Assembly: GCA_963702005.1 (NCBI GenBank)
Contig: OY969696.1
Coordinates: forward strand, 2,016,001-2,080,000
DNA length: 64,000 bases
Direction of reading: 5' to 3'
Source: Candidatus Aminicenantes bacterium
GTDB taxonomy: Bacteria > Acidobacteriota > Aminicenantia > Aminicenantales > JAFGBC01
In this document: positions 45,901 to 52,492 of the stretch, one piece after another
Layout of the letters: every line of letters starts with the position of its first letter
Position numbering within the stretch: the first letter of the stretch is position 1
Position numbers and translations under genes: made by a program
The notes under the pieces: model-generated
Database searches by the model: none
Told to the model about the DNA's origin: nothing
The model's input: only the letters and a program-made list of their open reading frames with translations

Positions 45901-46488
45901 CTCGACCTCGGCGACGATGTCCTCGAGCCGGAGGAGATTCTGCTCGCTCAACTCGAGTTTGCTTTCGGCCTGCTTGCGTTTGTCCTTGTAGAAAGCCGTG
46001 CCCGCCGCCTCCTCGAGAAGCAGCCGCTTTTCCTGGGGCTTGGAAGTGACGAACAAGCCGATCGCGCCCTGCTCGATGACGTAGTAATCTTTCTCGGCGA
46101 CGTCCCGCTTCCAGAGCGTGTCCTGAATGTCCTTGAGCCGGGCGACCTTGCCGTTGAGGCGGTACTCGCTGTCGCCCGACCGGAAGACGCGGTGGTTGAT
46201 GGTGAGCTCCTCGTCGGTCCCCGCGTCCCCCAGGATCAGGGTGACGTCGGCCATGCCCAGGGGAGGGCGCTTGGCGTTTCCGTTGAAGATGATGTCGTCG
46301 ACCTTGTCGGCCCGGACGGCCTTCATCCGCTGGCCGCCCAAGGCCCAGAGGGTCGAATCGATGATGTTGGACTTGCCCGTCCCGTTGGGGCCGACGATGG
46401 CCGTGATCCCGGGGTGGAAGACGACCTTGGTCCTTTCCCCGAAGGACTTAAAGCCCTGGATTTCGATGCGTTTGATGAGCATGGCCAT
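42970..46488 (-). CDS. smc: Chromosome segregation protein SMC
   Basis: GFKSF, GPNGTGKSN, long coiled coils with central hinge, LSGGEK, ILDEVDAALD. Confidence 0.95.
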   Translation of the reverse strand: MAMLIKRIEIQGFKSFGERTKVVFHPGITAIVGPNGTGKSNIIDSTLWALGGQRMKAVRADKVDDIIFNGNAKRPPLGMADVTLILGDAGTDEELTINHRVFRSGDSEYRLNGKVARLKDIQDTLWKRDVAEKDYYVIEQGAIGLFVTSKPQEKRLLLEEAAGTAFYKDKRKQAESKLELSEQNLLRLEDIVAEVEKAKNSLQRQASAANRYRKLREKIRELTGIHFQRRVRQVEASLEEVTGRFNKSLNRERDLVGLIHEIEKEIASRRKDVWDLEQVIKSRQEHLYGLKSQTVKIESDREKDTRRIDFFEEEKRKSAAGLEEFGRELAVLEKEIAENDSGLEELARTLAEKHGEVERAGSESQGAKERIPALEREIEDLRGHHLQRVSVLTESRNESLRLDKEWEFILRQEEKHRAQVAAQRKLLALQEEKLGRDEAALGDLKRGIETRETRIGELRTAAAESEAKAESLGRELAALRSKREEASFHFQALSTLEAKERETNAAPPLPGSRGILAYLIQADDAHAPLVDLFWKEESRALLIPAQDFLAALTGEAIRGNFLLVPAEAKTAPPPPLSEPEVLGFLKSKVRPGPRASEAFDRLPEAVIVSDLAAAVRLWSRYPDLNFATLQGDIVLASGLVKAGQRGEGLVMLAREIKACEDRIAGHDLEILPLVTARREILGSVEKVGRELESETALKTEDERRMAEIGKELEFGRAEKDKIGNALDILGKEYEVQHRDKDELGRRREGLGLRLREAEAVEAEIKSRLESAERDLAGFMDAVSRKWQEHIELKAGRDLLEERIANARQQARSLAQRREAAQAKVRSLEDEIRSCDREEAGLRAGIDELAHRIKALEDERGLKEKELGSDEARLHELRSGIEEKERRIAKAREDLEVLKEERVRWEVGKAETERDRINLEESCWQELKKTLMEIKLEPQGEDLSDQDVESRLDEAREDLQRFKAVNLMAEEEYQAQKERYDFLTQQRNDLRQSIDTTQEAIRKIDDESRSQFLKAIEAVNKNFQDIFAILFKGGTAEVKLSEPETPLESGVEIVVQPPGKKVQNLALLSGGEKTLTSLAFLFALFRYKPTPFCILDEVDAALDEVNLGRFLELMKTIKKETQFIIVTHNFKTMEVADFIYGTTMAEPNITSIYSVKLDRKEGGPEAPPGREAP

Positions 46489-46499
46489 GGGTAAAAAAA

Positions 46500-46572
46500 A
46501 GCCAGCGGGGGGGCTCGAACCCTCGACCTGCTGATTACGAATCAGCCGCTCTACCGACTGAGCTACGCTGGC
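46500..46572 (-). tRNA. tRNA-Thr(CGU)
   Basis: Reverse complement GCCAGCGTAGCTCAGTCGGTAGAGC-GGCTGA-TT-CGT-AA-TCAGC...GGTTCGAGCCC...CGCTGGC; CCA not encoded. Confidence 0.95.
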
Positions 46573-46631
46573 CCAGCCAAGATTCTACATACCCCGGCCC
46601 CTAAAATCAATATCGGGGAATTTGGGAGACG

Positions 46632-46757
46632 TGAACGAGATTTGGGGACATGTGCCGATTTTCTTAAATCGGTAACGTGTCCCCAAATCTCAATGGAGGA
46701 ATTCCGGGGACACGTAACTTATTTCAAGAGAAATAAGCAACATGTCCCCGGAATTCC
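46632..46757. repeat. Family A REP-like doublet, copy 1
   Basis: 53-bp core TGAACGAGATTTGGGGACATGTGCCGATTTTCTTAAATCGGTAACGTGTCCCC plus an inverted variant hairpin at 46698-46757. Confidence 0.88.
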
Positions 46758-46826
46758 GCCGGCATAAAGGATGGGAGAATTTGCCGATCTATACTAAAAT
46801 AGATAGGTATCTTGAGGAGGTTAGGA

Positions 46827-48032
46827 ATGGCTATTCGAAGGTTGGTTTTCTCTTTCCTGGGGCTGGCGATCCTGGCGGCGGCCGCGCCCGCTCAAGACGT
46901 GAACCTGCTCGCTCTCGGCGAGGGGACGCTCCCGGTCGTCGAGCCCGCCACCTATTCAAGCTGGCCGGTCGTATACATGCTCGATGACGAAGCGGGCTCC
47001 GGCTGGGCTTGCGAGGAAGGGAAGATCGGGCCGAGCGTTTTTGTCTTTGAAATACAGGGATTGGCGACCCTGAACGCGTTTGAGTTCGACACCGCTGAGA
47101 TCGACGGCGAAAGCCGGGGAGCCAAGGACGTCACGGTCGAAGTGTCCCCGACCTCGAAAGACTCGGGATTCCAGAAAGTCCTTCAGGCGACACTGGCCGA
47201 TCAGCAGGACGGGCAGCGCTTCGCCGCCCAAGTTAAAACGGCAGGCCGCTTTGTGAGGTTGACGATCCACAACAACCACGGTGACGGAAGCTGGACCGAG
47301 CTCATGAGCTTCCGCGGTTACGGCCCCCGGCCGCAGCCGTCCGGCGCGAGCGTCAACATCAGCGGCGCCTACCACACGAATTACAATGACTTCCACCTCC
47401 GCCAGCAAGGGACCGCGCTCACCGGGTGCTATGAGTGGAGCGAGGGTGTCTTTGAGGGTACGGTCGAGGGACGCGTCATGAAGCTGACCTGGGTTCAGTC
47501 CAACGGCCGCGGCCCGGCCGTGTTCGTCTTCGCCCCCGACGGCCTGAGCTTCCAGGGCTATTGGTGGCGCGATACCGACAAGGGCAAGCGGCCGGACGGC
47601 GACTGGAACGGCACCCGGTTCAGCGAACAGGTCGGCCAATGCCCGCACTGGTCGGGTTCGGTTTCCGGCGAGCTCCGCAAAGACCTGGCAGCGTCCGGCC
47701 GCGCGCGCCTCTACGGCATCCTATTCGACATAGACTCGGCCAAGATCCGGGCCGAGTCCTACCCGACGCTCGACGAGGTCGTCAAGCTCCTCGGCAGCGA
47801 GCCTTCCTGGAAGCTGACGATCGAAGGCCACACCGATTCGTCCGGAAGCCCGGCCCACAACCAGACCCTTTCCGAACAGCGCGCGCAGTCCGTCAAGGAC
47901 TACCTGGTGTCCAAGGGAGTCGCCGTCGGCCGGCTTTCCACGGCGGGTTTCGGACAAACGAAGCCCGTCGCCGGCAACGAAACCGAGCTGGGCAGGGCCC
48001 AGAACCGACGGGTGGAGCTGGTCCGAAACTGA
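46827..48032 (+). CDS. Discoidin (F5/8-type)-like + OmpA-domain protein
   Basis: SD GAGGAGG, signal peptide, GRFVRLTIHNNHG, ILFDIDSA, IEGHTD, NRRVELV. Confidence 0.85.
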   Translation: MAIRRLVFSFLGLAILAAAAPAQDVNLLALGEGTLPVVEPATYSSWPVVYMLDDEAGSGWACEEGKIGPSVFVFEIQGLATLNAFEFDTAEIDGESRGAKDVTVEVSPTSKDSGFQKVLQATLADQQDGQRFAAQVKTAGRFVRLTIHNNHGDGSWTELMSFRGYGPRPQPSGASVNISGAYHTNYNDFHLRQQGTALTGCYEWSEGVFEGTVEGRVMKLTWVQSNGRGPAVFVFAPDGLSFQGYWWRDTDKGKRPDGDWNGTRFSEQVGQCPHWSGSVSGELRKDLAASGRARLYGILFDIDSAKIRAESYPTLDEVVKLLGSEPSWKLTIEGHTDSSGSPAHNQTLSEQRAQSVKDYLVSKGVAVGRLSTAGFGQTKPVAGNETELGRAQNRRVELVRN

Positions 48033-48051
48033 CTACCGAATTCGGGGAACA

Positions 48052-48110
48052 TGAACGAGATTTGGGGACATGTGCCGATTTTCTTAAATCGGTAACGTGT
48101 CCCCAAATCT
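48052..48110. repeat. Family A element, copy 2
   Basis: Identical 53-bp core; overlaps the 3' end of the VanZ-like gene. Confidence 0.88.
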
Positions 48111-49463
48111 GGGGGCGAAGGCCCAGAGGGCCGCAATTCCGATAAAGCCCAGTCCGAGCAGAACCCAGGCCAGGTTCTCGTTCAAATAGTTATGAGGCGT
48201 GAAGGCGACCGTGCTGACGTAGGCGAACGAAATCCCCTCGGCCTTTGATTCGACCGCGCGCCGAGTTGCTTCGTCCCAGCCGTATCCCGTGGCCCGGAGC
48301 GTCTCGGGGAAATATTTTTCGAGGAGCCTATTCTCCTTACAGGCCGCCACGATCGCTTTGTCCCTCTCGTCCCGGGACCCTTCCGTCCGCCGGCGGTCCA
48401 GCATCTGGTCACGGCGCAGAACATGGGCCTTGAACTCCTGGAGGAACGGGTAGAAGAGTCTGGGATATACATTCAGGAACTCGATATAGTTGCGGCCCTC
48501 CCATTCCTTGAGGATCGGGGCGTACTCGGCGGCCTTGGCCCGGTCGGTCCGACTGATTTCGCGCTTCGTCATACGCGAATGGAAAGTTCCGACTTCAGGG
48601 TCCTTGTATCGGTACTTGAACTCGAACACGTTCTCTTCGTTCCGGAGGAAGGACAAGGCCGGAACGGCCTGAATCAACTTCTCGACCCGGCGCGGCGTCG
48701 CCGATATCAAGAGGCCGAGGCAGACGAGGTTCGCGGCCAGAAGGACGCAGACCCGGCGCAGGGTTCGGGCCCGGACCCGCTCTCCTATCAGGACGGGCGC
48801 GATCCCTTTCCAGATCCCGACCTGGATCAGGACCGAAGCGAGGGCGTTGACTCCGACGTCGCGGATGTCGATGTAGCGGCGGGGCATCAGCCATTGGAGG
48901 AATTCGTCGAAGAATCCGACCAGACAGCCGACGAGGCAGGCGGCCGGGTAAATCGTCCAATCGCGGGTCGAAAAACTCAGGGCGATGAACAGGGCGATTC
49001 CCAGCAATCCGTACTCTATGAAATGGACGCTTTCTTCGGGGTTCGCCCTGAGCTGATAGGTAAAATATAAATAGAAGCCGGCTACGGCCGCCGTCCAGAC
49101 GTAGTTCGAGACCTTGTGGATTTTCCGGTCGAAGATGAGATAGGTAAGAACAAGGGCCAGGGCGGCGACGACGGCGAAGACCACGCCCGTCCCGAATATG
49201 GCCCGCCCCCACCGCTTCGAGACGAAGAACTGGATGGCGCGCGCCGTGGGGACGAACAGGAAGATGGCGAGAGCGCAGAGGGCCGCCAGGACCCAGGCGG
49301 CGGGCCGGGTGATGTGGATCTCGATTCCGCGTTTGCTGATCTTCAAGGCCGGCGTCCTCCCTTCGTTTCGGCCGGAAATCGCCTTCCGATCCGATGGACG
49401 CCCAGGCCCGGATTTTTTTCTCACACGGGACTCCGGTCTCGCCCCCTGAGCTTTCTGTTCCAT
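48084..49463 (-). CDS. VanZ-like membrane protein
   Basis: HFIEYGLLG, DEFLQWLMPRRYIDIRDVGVN; several TM helices; start uncertain (ATG 49463 chosen). Confidence 0.78.
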   Translation of the reverse strand: MEQKAQGARPESRVRKKSGPGRPSDRKAISGRNEGRTPALKISKRGIEIHITRPAAWVLAALCALAIFLFVPTARAIQFFVSKRWGRAIFGTGVVFAVVAALALVLTYLIFDRKIHKVSNYVWTAAVAGFYLYFTYQLRANPEESVHFIEYGLLGIALFIALSFSTRDWTIYPAACLVGCLVGFFDEFLQWLMPRRYIDIRDVGVNALASVLIQVGIWKGIAPVLIGERVRARTLRRVCVLLAANLVCLGLLISATPRRVEKLIQAVPALSFLRNEENVFEFKYRYKDPEVGTFHSRMTKREISRTDRAKAAEYAPILKEWEGRNYIEFLNVYPRLFYPFLQEFKAHVLRRDQMLDRRRTEGSRDERDKAIVAACKENRLLEKYFPETLRATGYGWDEATRRAVESKAEGISFAYVSTVAFTPHNYLNENLAWVLLGLGFIGIAALWAFAPRFGDTLPI

Positions 49464-49496
49464 GCGGCCTAGTATATAATAAGAAAGGAATCCGAG

Positions 49497-49524
49497 GGAA
49501 TATCTTCCGATTCCGGGTGTAATA
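49497..49524 (+). promoter_or_regulatory. Putative ECF promoter GGAATA-N16-GTA
   Basis: Same motif and spacing recur at 51492-51519. Confidence 0.6.
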
Positions 49525-49539
49525 GGCATGGGAGCTCCG

Positions 49540-49689
49540 ATGACCCGTTCGCTGACCCCAAACCCCGCCTCTCAACACTCACTCGCCAGAAGCGGCTCAT
49601 GAGTGCACTTCGGGGCGGGGATGAGATGCAAGGCTCAGGGTCATCCGCGAACAAGCCCCGGCCTGAAGGCCAGGGAGTCGGCGGAGTGA
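49540..49689. repeat. Family B element, copy 4, at the sigma start codon
   Basis: ATGACCCGTTCG...GGCTCAGGGTCAT...AAGCCCCGG..GGGAGTCG..GTGA with a nested CACTCA...TGAGTG stem. Confidence 0.8.
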
Positions 49690-50261
49690 ATGAGCCGGAA
49701 CGTCTGGAGGAACGGAGACTCGTCGCCCAAGCCCGGAAGGGAGATATGACAGCTTTCGAAACCCTGGTCAAAACCCATCAGCGGCTCATCTATGCCATCT
49801 GCCTGCGGATGACGGGGGCCCATCAGACGGCCGACGACCTTGCCCAGGAGACCTTCGTCAAGGCCTACTTCGCCCTGTCCGGTTTCAAGGAGGGCATGAG
49901 TTTCGTCGCCTGGCTGCGGACGATCGCCGTCAACAACTCCCTCAACTATCTTCGGCTGCGGAAGAAGGAGGTCTCGCTCGACGCCTTGGGCCTGGAAGCC
50001 CCCAAGGCCGACCCCGTCCCGGCCCGCGTCCGGGCGGACGAGCCGGCCGACGCCGTCGTGCGCCGTCAGGCCGAGCAGAAGTTCCGGGAGGCCGTCGAGG
50101 CCCTCCCGCCGGAGCAGAAGTCCGTGTTCGTGCTCCGCTTCTACGAGAACCAGGACTACGGCGAGATCGCCCGCGCCCTGGGTCTCTCTCCCGGCACCGT
50201 CATGTCGCGGCTGAGCCGGGCCCGGCAGAAGATCCGGTCCCTGATGACCGGGTACTTGTGA
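49686..50261 (+). CDS. ECF RNA polymerase sigma factor
   Basis: ADDLAQETF, WLRTIAVN, YGEIARALGLSPGTVMSRLSRAR; GTG start with SD GGGAG. Confidence 0.92.
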   Translation: MNEPERLEERRLVAQARKGDMTAFETLVKTHQRLIYAICLRMTGAHQTADDLAQETFVKAYFALSGFKEGMSFVAWLRTIAVNNSLNYLRLRKKEVSLDALGLEAPKADPVPARVRADEPADAVVRRQAEQKFREAVEALPPEQKSVFVLRFYENQDYGEIARALGLSPGTVMSRLSRARQKIRSLMTGYL

Positions 50262-50272
50262 TGGAGGCGCCG

Positions 50273-51268
50273 ATGAGACACGCGAAATGGAACGACCTCC
50301 TGAACGGCTACTTTGACAAACAGCTCAGCCCGCGCCTCGCCGCCAAGGTCGAGAAGCACCTGGCCGGCTGCCGCGCCTGCGCCGAAGAACTGGCCGCCCT
50401 CCGGAAACTCGAGACGTTCGCGACCGTCCTTCCCCCCATGCCCGACGACGAAGCCTACTGGTCCGCTTTCCCGGACCGGGTCAAGGCCAGGATCGTTCAG
50501 GCTCAAGCCTCCGGGGCTCCCCGCAAGGAGGCCGATATGTTTAACGATTCCTTCTTTAAACCGACCCGCGATATCAAACTCAAGGCCGTCGTTTTCCCGC
50601 TTTCGGTGGCGGCCCACGCCATCCTGGCCCTGTTCCTGATCATCGCCCCGCTGCTGAAGACGGGGCAGATGCCGGAGATTCAGATTTACAGCGCGTTCTT
50701 AGCGCCGCCGCCCGCTCCGCCTCCGCCTCCGCCGCCGCCTGCCAAGAAGCGGACCAGCTCGCAGGCGCGGACGCGGATCAAACCCGTCCAGGCCCAGTCG
50801 ACGGCGACCCCGGGCCGGCTGGTCGCCCCGGTCGAAGTCCCTCAGGAGATCGCCGAAGAGCAGGTCTCCGACCTGGGCGTCGAAGGCGGCGTTGAGGGCG
50901 GGGTCGAGGGTGGCGTTGTCGGCGGCGTCCTGGGCGGGGTCGTGGGCGGCGTCCTGGGCGGGGTCGTGGGCGAGGTCGAGGCCCCGATCCGAGCCGTGGG
51001 CGAAATCAAGCCGCCCAGGCTCATCAAGCAAGTCCCGCCGGTCTATCCCGAGATCGCGCGTCAAGCGCGGGTCGAGGGGATCGTCATTCTCGAGGCCGTG
51101 ACCGACATCTACGGCCGGGTTATCCACTGGAAGGTCCTGCGCTCGATTCCGCTCCTGGACCAGGCGGCCATCGACGCCGTCAAGCAGTGGGTCTACGAGC
51201 CGATGATCATCAACGGCAAGCCGCGCGGAGTCATCTTCACTTTGACCGTCACATTCCAACTGAAGTAG
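50273..51268 (+). CDS. zf-HC2 anti-sigma domain fused to a TonB-like protein (TM, Pro-rich linker, TonB C-terminal domain)
   Basis: HLAGCRAC; SVAAH TM motif; poly-Pro; GGV(E/V/L) repeats; PVYPEIARQARVEG...LDQAAIDAVKQW. Confidence 0.85.
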   Translation: MRHAKWNDLLNGYFDKQLSPRLAAKVEKHLAGCRACAEELAALRKLETFATVLPPMPDDEAYWSAFPDRVKARIVQAQASGAPRKEADMFNDSFFKPTRDIKLKAVVFPLSVAAHAILALFLIIAPLLKTGQMPEIQIYSAFLAPPPAPPPPPPPPAKKRTSSQARTRIKPVQAQSTATPGRLVAPVEVPQEIAEEQVSDLGVEGGVEGGVEGGVVGGVLGGVVGGVLGGVVGEVEAPIRAVGEIKPPRLIKQVPPVYPEIARQARVEGIVILEAVTDIYGRVIHWKVLRSIPLLDQAAIDAVKQWVYEPMIINGKPRGVIFTLTVTFQLK

Positions 51269-51310
51269 ACTTCCCTAATTCCTCTTATGTAGAACGGAAA
51301 TCGGGGGACA

Positions 51311-51480
51311 TGAACGAGATTTGGGGACATGTGCCGATTTTCTTAAATCGGTAACGTGTCCCCGAATCTCTCCCAAATCTTGCAGAATCCTTTTTGGAAT
51401 TCCAGGGACACGATACCAAATCAAGAGATTTGGTTCATGTCCCCGGAATTCCTTGTGTCCCCGAATCTTATTGTGCCCCC
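51311..51480. repeat. Family A doublet, copy 3
   Basis: Identical 53-bp core, inverted variant hairpin at 51396-51452, trailing TGTCCCC half-motifs. Confidence 0.88.
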
Positions 51481-51491
51481 GCATCTGACCT

Positions 51492-51519
51492 GGAATAAAC
51501 CTCCTTTTGTCTTGTATGA
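51492..51519 (+). promoter_or_regulatory. Putative ECF promoter GGAATA-N16-GTA
   Basis: Matches the motif upstream of the sigma gene. Confidence 0.6.
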
Positions 51520-51571
51520 CTAGTGGAGGCCGCGGGAACGGTCCTCCGGAGTTCGACGAAAGGAGGCGAAC

Positions 51572-52309
51572 ATGTTCAAAGAATGCTTCTTCGAGCGCGA
51601 GGCGAACATCGCCCGAAAAGCCCTCGTCCTTCCGATGTCTTTGGCGATCCACGCCGCCCTTCTGGCCGCCCTTATCGTCGCGCCCTTGATCAGATCAGGA
51701 GCGCTGCCGGCCGTCCCCGATGCCATCGATCTGATCATAGCCCCGCCTCCGCACCCCTCTCCGCCGCCGGCCAGAAAGGGTCCCGGCCGCGCCGTGCGCT
51801 CCAAGATCAAGCCCGTCCTGGCACGACCCTTGTCCGCGGCGGGACGCCTCATCGCGCCCGTCGACATTCCCCGGGACATCGCGGATGCGGCCCTACCCGA
51901 CTTCGTCGAGGGAGACGGGATTGACACCGGCGTGGATTGGGGATTCGGCGACGGCAACACGAACGTCAAGATGGTGGGCGTCATGGGCGACGTCATCGAG
52001 AAGATCGCGAACGAGACCGTCGCTCCCGTCCTGGCCGCGGGGGAAATCAGACGGCCCAAGCTCCTCAAACAAGTCCCGCCGGTCTACCCCGAAATAGCCC
52101 GGCTGGCCCGCGTCGCGGGGGATGTTTTAATCGAGGCCCAGACCGACATCTACGGCCGGGTCGTCCGGTGGAGGATCCTCCGCTCCATCTCGCTCCTCGA
52201 TCAAGCGGCCGTCGACGCCGTCCGGCAGTGGGTCTATGAGCCGATGGTCCTCAACGGAAAGCCGCGCGGAGTCATTTTCAACGTGACCGTCCGCTTCGAG
52301 CTGAAGTGA
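51572..52309 (+). CDS. TonB-family energy transducer-like protein (paralog of the preceding gene's C-terminal part)
   Basis: SD AGGAGG; SLAIH TM motif; PVYPEIARLARVAG...WVYEPMVLNGKPRGVIF. Confidence 0.88.
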   Translation: MFKECFFEREANIARKALVLPMSLAIHAALLAALIVAPLIRSGALPAVPDAIDLIIAPPPHPSPPPARKGPGRAVRSKIKPVLARPLSAAGRLIAPVDIPRDIADAALPDFVEGDGIDTGVDWGFGDGNTNVKMVGVMGDVIEKIANETVAPVLAAGEIRRPKLLKQVPPVYPEIARLARVAGDVLIEAQTDIYGRVVRWRILRSISLLDQAAVDAVRQWVYEPMVLNGKPRGVIFNVTVRFELK

Positions 52310-52351
52310 GACCTGGAATTCGGGGGGCATGATCCGGGCTCTTTGGGGACA

Positions 52352-52436
52352 TGAACGAGATTTGGGGACATGTGCCGATTTTCTTAAATCGGTAACGTGT
52401 CCCCAAATCTCGCATGAGATTCGGTAACGTGTCCCC
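52352..52436. repeat. Family A element, copy 4
   Basis: Identical 53-bp core plus a partial TCGGTAACGTGTCCCC. Confidence 0.88.
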
Positions 52437-52492
52437 TGAATTCTCTATGTAACGTATAATGTTATAATGTCCGCAACAAGGAGAAACCTAAC

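Noticed and set aside
46632-52436. CRISPR array formed by the identical repeats
   Set aside because: Copies are separated by whole genes, there are no regular spacers, and no cas genes are present.
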